Shown here: in pieces, positions 59,701 through 64,000 of the stretch
Layout: each line of letters begins with the position of its first letter
How positions within the stretch are numbered: position 1 is the first letter of the stretch
Assembly (NCBI GenBank): GCA_023334545.1
Contig: JAADVB010000019.1
Coordinates: 62,001-126,000 of the forward strand
Reading direction: 5' to 3'
From: Salisapilia sapeloensis CBS 127946
Taxonomy: Eukaryota > Protista > Oomycota
Length of the DNA stretch: 64,000 bases
The notes under the pieces: model-generated
Database searches by the model: none
What the model was told of the DNA's origin: nothing
Seen by the model: the letters and a program-made list of their open reading frames with translations, nothing else
Made by a program: the position numbers and the translations under genes

Positions 59701-62417
59701 CAATCCACTGGGGTACATTCCTCCTGTTCGATGAAAGGACCAGAGCAATCTTGGCCTCCGTAAAGTGGAGCCCGAACGACTGTACGAGTACGTGTTCGTG
59801 ACCCATCCTTACACGTTGACCAAGAGCTCCAAGCACTAAGCTCACAGTGTACTGGTTCACAGCTCATAGTATCAGTCAGACTCTGACACTCTTTTCCACC
59901 ATTCTTAGGGTGGACTAGGACTTCTCTGACGCGGTACCGAAGTCCGGATTCAGCATCGCAAGGTCCGTACTCGCCATACTCTCCTAGCACACAGTCAACT
60001 GGATCGCCACAGGCACCTTTCGAGTCGTATCTGTTTCTATAATTGTATCGGTTCTTTCGACCTCGACCTCTTCGTTTCTTGCTCTTACCATTTGTGTACT
60101 TATCGCTCTCATCATTGGTGGTGTCTCGTGGATAGATATTTGGCAGTCCGAAAGCAAGCCTAAAGTCAAGTCCAGCATTCCGATTGTAACCATTGTGGTA
60201 GCGTCCAAGTAAAGACTTTCCATCACTGGAATATGTTTCGCTACCAGACGCGGGAGCATTCGAATCATCGTTATCATACGTTTCGTGATCATCAAGATCT
60301 TCAGGCTCATTGTCATCAAGATCTTCGCTCTCAGCATGCGCTTCTTTGTCGGCATCGACATCGTCTGGATCACCTCCATCGTGACGACCGTAATCGCCGT
60401 CACGGTTTTCACCGTATGAATCCGCTTGATGTTCACCATCATGCTCGTTGTCATTGCCGTGGTAATTCACACTAGTCTCTAGTTTATACGATGTCGAATG
60501 ATTGTCATCATTTTGGTGGTTTACATCACCGTCCTCTTCATTCATTTTTCCTCGTCGGTTGTTATACTTGCCATGACGACCATACTTTCCACGTCTCCTT
60601 CTGGGATGCTTCTTGTGCCCACGCTTTCCTTTATGCCGCCAACCTCGGCCACGCTTGTCAAGTTTGAACTTGCCATTTGCATACGCTTTGGACATAGCCT
60701 CCTTGTACTTGTCATGACCCGAGTCTACGTTTCCACCTTGTTTTTTGCCACGATAGCCTGATACCACATCCGCTGAGTCGTCACTCGAGTCTTCGGATGA
60801 CTCATCTTGGGCATACTTGTCCGCCACCTTGTTACCAGTGTAATCTTTCATCTTGTCGATGACAATATGAGCTTGATCAGAATTCAAAGCACTTTGTCCA
60901 TACTTGCGATCCGAAGATTTATCACCTGATGAGGCAGTGTGATTCCGTTTGTATTCCAAATGGCCTTCGACAGTGCCAGTAAAGTCTTCGCTAGGTTGAT
61001 TATCTTGGCCTGGCTTTTTGACATGGCCTTCGACAGTACCGACAAAGTTGTCACACGAATCATCCGAATCAGCATCAATGTCAGCCGATTGATCATTGGA
61101 ATTCTCGGGCTTGCCAGGACGACCGGAATACGGTTTATCGTAGCCACCCTTGTGAACAAGTGCTTCATGAACCTTGTCGTGGATCTTATCAAAAATGTGG
61201 TCATTTGAGTCATCTGAGTCACCTTGATGGTTATGAAGCTTATCGTGAAAGTGCTTGAGCTTGCCAAGAATACTGTCCGAAGAGTCATGGTGGTCATGAT
61301 CATGTGAAAAATGGGATTTGACTTTGTCGCTGATGTTATGAAGTATGTTCTTCTTCCAGCGTCTTCCATGGTTGCCATACCCTCCTTCTTTTGGAGAGGC
61401 TGTGTTGGAAGAATATTGAGGACTTTCAGTATCCTCATTGGAATCCTCGTCACTGTTGTCATCAACGTGGTAGCCAGCCGCTTCAGTCGACGAAGGTGTG
61501 TAGGCTGCGAGTGACTTATATGGCGTTGAGTTTGCAGGCTCATATCCGTCTCCGTGCTCCTCACTATCATCATCTTCAACCGTGCCCTCTTGACCATAGT
61601 CATTCGAGTCATCCGAGTCATCATGACGACCATGAAGCTTACCATGGAAGTGTGTATGCATGTCATCGATACTGTCCGAAGAGTCATCATGGTCATATTC
61701 ATTCGACACGTGAAACTTGATTTTGCCGCCAATGTTGGGGAGCACGTTCTTCTTCCAGCGTCTTCCATGGTTGCCATACCCTCCTTCGTTTGGAGAGGCT
61801 GTGTTGGAAGAATATTGAGGACTTTCAGTATCCTCATTGGAATCCTCGTCACTGTTGTCATCAACGTGGTAGCCAGCCGCTTCAGTCGACGAAGGTGTGT
61901 AGGCTGCAGGTGATGGAGATGGAGATGGCCACGTACTAGTGGGCTCGTCTTCTTTGATATTACCCTTACTGGACTCATCTTCACTTTCATCATCAGCTTG
62001 GTCGCTAGGCGTTTCAGTCGACGGAGGAGTGCTGCTGACCGACTCATACGTACTGATATTCTCGTCGCTGCTGTCATCTTCAACGGCATTGTCTTGATGG
62101 TAATCAGGGTTTTCAATTGGTGCTGGCGTGCTGGTATCTGGTTCGTATCCACTGACACTATTGCCAGTAGTGTCATCTTCAACGTTATCCTCTTGATGGT
62201 AATCCGGAGAGTTGTTCGATGGAGGTGTGTACGCTGAAGGCGACGGAGACGGTGATGTGGCTTCCGGCCCATACGCACCGGCATTGACAGTCACTGGCAG
62301 TGAGATCAAAACTGTACAAATGCTAAGTACTTGCAGTAGGTAAAGCGCAGTCTTCTTCTTCCAACGGGAGTTGGATCGCTTGCCATAGCGGCTAGAAGCG
62401 ATCGGTACGGAAGACAT
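53751..62417 (-). CDS. Giant secreted thrombospondin type-1 repeat adhesin (Vsv1-like), 2888 aa
   Basis: Single ORF; hydrophobic signal ending VNA|G (aa ~46); ~760-aa low-complexity region; 42 tandem TSRs counted by eye; basic tail GRHRHRKLRTE. Confidence 0.93.
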   Translation of the reverse strand: MSSVPIASSRYGKRSNSRWKKKTALYLLQVLSICTVLISLPVTVNAGAYGPEATSPSPSPSAYTPPSNNSPDYHQEDNVEDDTTGNSVSGYEPDTSTPAPIENPDYHQDNAVEDDSSDENISTYESVSSTPPSTETPSDQADDESEDESSKGNIKEDEPTSTWPSPSPSPAAYTPSSTEAAGYHVDDNSDEDSNEDTESPQYSSNTASPNEGGYGNHGRRWKKNVLPNIGGKIKFHVSNEYDHDDSSDSIDDMHTHFHGKLHGRHDDSDDSNDYGQEGTVEDDDSEEHGDGYEPANSTPYKSLAAYTPSSTEAAGYHVDDNSDEDSNEDTESPQYSSNTASPKEGGYGNHGRRWKKNILHNISDKVKSHFSHDHDHHDSSDSILGKLKHFHDKLHNHQGDSDDSNDHIFDKIHDKVHEALVHKGGYDKPYSGRPGKPENSNDQSADIDADSDDSCDNFVGTVEGHVKKPGQDNQPSEDFTGTVEGHLEYKRNHTASSGDKSSDRKYGQSALNSDQAHIVIDKMKDYTGNKVADKYAQDESSEDSSDDSADVVSGYRGKKQGGNVDSGHDKYKEAMSKAYANGKFKLDKRGRGWRHKGKRGHKKHPRRRRGKYGRHGKYNNRRGKMNEEDGDVNHQNDDNHSTSYKLETSVNYHGNDNEHDGEHQADSYGENRDGDYGRHDGGDPDDVDADKEAHAESEDLDDNEPEDLDDHETYDNDDSNAPASGSETYSSDGKSLLGRYHNGYNRNAGLDFRLAFGLPNIYPRDTTNDESDKYTNGKSKKRRGRGRKNRYNYRNRYDSKGACGDPVDCVLGEYGEYGPCDAESGLRYRVREVLVHPKNGGKECQSLTDTMSCEPVHCELSAWSSWSTCKDGSRTRTRTVVRAPLYGGQDCSGPFIEQEECTPVDCQVSEWSLYTINPLLNINIKSRFVITHPDGGADCPPLEETSSCSAQDCIVGDWHWEGECDASTGNRKRVREVVTSASNGGKPCPPLQEVVACMDCQVSQWSDFGTCDASTGKMTRTRTITQEPSYGGAGCPALTDSTPCAPIDCILSDYGSWSACDKIKNIRKRERTIVTEPLYNGKPCESLEQQQNCNPKDCIVSEWSSYTLISKTRKARTRQVLQYPDGGDECPHLVEETDATPVDCVVSDWSGFGTCDAGTHHMKRTRTVIQAMQDGGKPCPSLEDVRDCYPQDCQVSDWSEFGSCCSKTGKRSRQREVIQPAKYGGKECPNLVETEQCSSVDCVVSDWSDFGTCHKRKKKHTRTRSVLVNPMYGGAPCPPLKDTQRCEPKNCIVSDWSDWSDCNVTSLTRKRVRDVLQERDGGKKCPKLVQEKKCKRVNCKVSKWSKFSSCDPDTLTKTRNRTIEREPMYGGKDCPALEQSKKCKMPKVHCKVGRWSAYSDCDPVTEKKTKSREIVREAKYGGKDCPALTKTKSCVPNVDCELSDWSEYSECHPRKHKKSRTREVLVPRRGKGKRCGKLKQKQACTPVDCQTGPWSDWSSCKNGEEMKTRTREVVTQPDGGKECPALTEEASCIPDIDCAVSAWSPYGDCDIPNNKKTRFREIITASSGNGVPCPTLEESTECDPQDCVVSGWSEYTQCNPETSTRKRTRTVEKPVIGCGKACPPLEEETKCQAVDCGVTTWSEWSTCDEYSHLQTRNRTVRVEPKYDGKPCPPLGEEKSCKPPLKCLVGEWSEWSICTADSTLRTRTREITQQPSSGDTSECASLREDAECEAVDCAVGTWSDWSPCDAETYLKTRTRPVTQHNMHGGKECPIVEEQEVCPPQSCETGPWSEWTQCSTPETDKKIRTREVVQQPMYGADQCPVLEEEEECPPVDCTMSNWGEWSECTNYTPTQTREREVTQSPYRDGQPCGALVETRKCPPVDCKVSEWGPWESCNPETETKTRYRTIEQEPLRNGAECPELKGEDSCDPIDCTVAEEWSEYSACDHTTGKRHKTREVTQQAMYGGAKCPETIMEGPCEPVNCELSNWSEYGSCDASTGLRTSTRTIVTKPKYGGLPCDVQEQTTPCEPVDCVPGTWSEWSSCDNSPDGMRHRTREVVQQALYDGNECTDLKQSIACDPVPCRVGEWSEYGVCDESTGKRTRTREILQAAKYGGTECPSLEEKTTCLPVDCELGPWSEYGACDDTTYKKKKTREIITHPKYEGEACGPVENELVCEPIDCVLSPFGAWSECDAATGKKRRTASIVTAAKYGGKSCGDTVQEAPCDPVDCQVGPWTDFTTCSDTDTTKTRTREVIQPALYGGKSCGALEETEKCEAVSCEVSEWGPWESCDATCGQKRRTRKVTQRPLRGGADCPALEDSVVCDPVNCEVGEWTPEWSECDGSTGKRYKTRPIIIEAKYDGIQCPATKQETDCLPEDCEVGEWSSWSTCDASTSNKTRSRQITSADKYGGAACPALLQSAPCDPVNCELSVWSEYSTCTDETPEQTRSRTIKVAPLYEGAPCGHLEEKKPCPPVDCILGEWTEWSEYDSETGIRTRTRQVIQPAVRNGLSCGEVKQTERADPINCVVSDWSDYEGCDVNSGKKRRTREVVTADLYGGNKCPTLEQFAPCDPVDCEVGAFGSWSACDNTSGLKTKTREVIQPAMFEGASCPPLEETTVCDPVDCVVGNWQDWTKCDANGQRYRERDVDVPAAYNGKECPRLVETEKCPPVDCVVDKWKEWSACNATSGLKSRTREVLVPSLFDGAECPCIEEVDVCDPIECVVGEWSEWSDCDGQQTAKTRERPVLVSPAYGAPSCPETKQVMECPKPVDCEVSNWGEWSRCADYSGTRTRTRHVITEPQNYGQQCPKLEEESSCANLECEMSVWSSWSTGCNDYGMQIRTRVILDDPYTELCACPDTVEYRMCTYNAETNQYSPPNDSGRHRHRKLRTE
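53832..59996 (-). repeat. Array of 42 TSR1 repeats (~49 aa each, 4-Cys type)
   Basis: Consensus DCxVSxWSxWxxC...RxRxRxV...YGGxxCPxLEE...CxPV repeated without linkers. Confidence 0.92.
61347..61907 (-). repeat. 162-bp near-perfect direct repeat inside the adhesin N-terminal region
   Basis: Copies 61347-61508 and 61746-61907, offset 399 nt (133 aa); one mismatch seen (Lys/Asn codon). Confidence 0.92.
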
Positions 62418-63735
62418 GCTTCACAGGGAGTCTGATCTTGAAGAGGCAAGGTCGGGGTTGAAAGAGTTAGAATGGCGAGAAGCAAGGTCCGGAACGGTGC
62501 AAATCGCAATGTGAGGACCAGGTAGAATGCTTTCGGCCACGAAGAGGCTTGTGGGAATATGCATCTAGGAGGAGGCACATGTACAATGATAATAGGGTGG
62601 AGATGAATTAGCAAGAATCGTCGCACTGCATAATGATATCGAATATATTTGTGGCAGGATCGCACAATCTGCATCAAGATGAAACTTGGTGCCTCCTCGC
62701 AGTGGTACCATATCCCATCAAGAGACACTACGGTATCCACATCTCGTGAAGAGGCGTGAAATGGCTACATGCTTTATTTAAATTTTGGCTCTGCATCGTC
62801 ACAGTCCCATCTCGTGACTGGTGGGAAGGCGTGGGTGGCTCTGTTTGAAGGTAATCCCAAAGAATCAAAGAGTTGCGCAATGTGTAATTCCACCTGAGAA
62901 TGAGTCAAATGTGTACTGGTCGTGATACGACAGTCGTCCCTTGACTGCAAGGTCTGAGCAAAGGAAGAACTTAGTAGAACGAGCATCTTCCATCTGGAAA
63001 CTCTTCGATATCAGCAGTACAAATTTATCTACTCGGAGGTGATATGCGAAGAGATATTTAGCTTCAACATGCTTTTGTTCATAAATCAATTCCTGGGTCT
63101 AGAACGGAATCTTCGTTTGCTTTGCTGATTTCCTGGGATTTAGATCTGTCCAGTGCTCTCTTCAGTCGATGTGGACGCTTACGACGATACATGTATGCTA
63201 GAAATCCGGCTGGACTTGCTACAAACACGGGCCACTGAAATGTAGGCGTGGATTTTCAAAGTTACTAATGTTCAATCAATACAATTCGTTCTTATTAGAA
63301 ACGTATCGCGTAGTCATAATTTATTTTTGTGGCTGTATATGGTGCTCCAGTCTCATATCATGAGCTGATCAAGATTTTTGAGTGGGAGTAAAGACCGTGC
63401 TACGTCATGGACGTCTTCGTACACGATCGAAGGCATTTGTCTTTTTGCCGTTTAAGAGCACGATCAGTTCAATCATAGCGCGGCACGCACATCTTGATGG
63501 TAATCAATTGACAACTCAAGTGTCTAGTGGGTCATATTCAAATTTTATATAGGCATCTCGTAACTCGTCCGAGGTTACAGCCTCTGCTGCTGCAGAGGTA
63601 GGATTGGTACGGTGTATAAATAATACGTCTTTTTGTTTAAGTACTGACGAATGAATGATATGGTCTTATGCGTCACCGAAGTAGACGACCTCCAGTCTTG
63701 TTCGAGACCCGGTATGTCATCGCTCTCACATTCAG

Positions 63736-64000
63736 ATCAAATATCAAAGCTTATACTTTCTACGACAGGAACGGACCGCAGAGCTATATATCAAGCTTCT
63801 CAACAATGACATCGACGATCTGGACCTCACCAATGACGATTTTGCAGCCTTCAGCGACGGAAATGAGGGCGAGATAGAGCAGCTCGCGGACGATTTGGAA
63901 ATGCTCTACCAAGACTTGTATGATGGCAGGATCACTTCTGCAGAAGCTCGAACCCGAGCACGCACATACGCTGGCTTGCCGATTGAATCAAGCACAAGCA
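63736..64000 (+). CDS. Possible partial exon of an acidic helical protein running off the window end
   Basis: Stop-free frame IKYQSLYFLRQERTAELYIKLLNNDIDDLDL...EIEQLADDLEMLYQDLYDGRIT to 64000; no ATG or upstream exon resolved. Confidence 0.3.
   Translation, partial: MKYQSLYFLRQERTAELYIKLLNNDIDDLDLTNDDFAAFSDGNEGEIEQLADDLEMLYQDLYDGRITSAEARTRARTYAGLPIESSTS

Noticed and set aside
53832-59996. Regularly spaced ~147-nt repeats reminiscent of a CRISPR array
   Set aside because: They are degenerate protein-coding TSR units in a eukaryotic ORF, with no identical direct repeats, unique spacers or cas genes.

Overview
Eukaryotic nuclear DNA, almost certainly from an oomycete (stramenopile). Support: short GT-AG introns (mostly 50-85 nt), oomycete INR+FPR core promoters, flagellar genes (CFAP45, ARL3) and a Vsv1-type thrombospondin-repeat spore adhesin. 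I support about 24 protein-coding genes, one trypsin/GIP-like pseudogene and two weak Ty3/gypsy remnants; no rRNA, tRNA or CRISPR array was seen. Compact housekeeping blocks (EF-Ts, ACL5-like polyamine synthase, ARPC4, Josephin, ARL3, SCS-beta, TrpD, BUD22/SRFBP1, HERP-like, a giant DENN protein) alternate with gene-sparse regions carrying secreted proteins (SOD-like, GH5 glucanase, two purple acid phosphatases, two 8-Cys mucin-like proteins, the adhesin). Main leads: (1) a 2888-aa adhesin with 42 TSR repeats, a ~760-aa His/acidic/polybasic N-terminal extension and a basic repeat patch, lying tail-to-tail with a very acidic secreted mucin, possibly a two-component glue locus; (2) an EHD/dynamin-like GTPase with a mitochondrial-type presequence and a hydrophobic hairpin; (3) a secreted SOD-fold protein lacking the Cu-ligand His residues; (4) an MLF-like gene behind clustered heat-shock elements. 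All calls come from reading the sequence by eye; no database searches were run.
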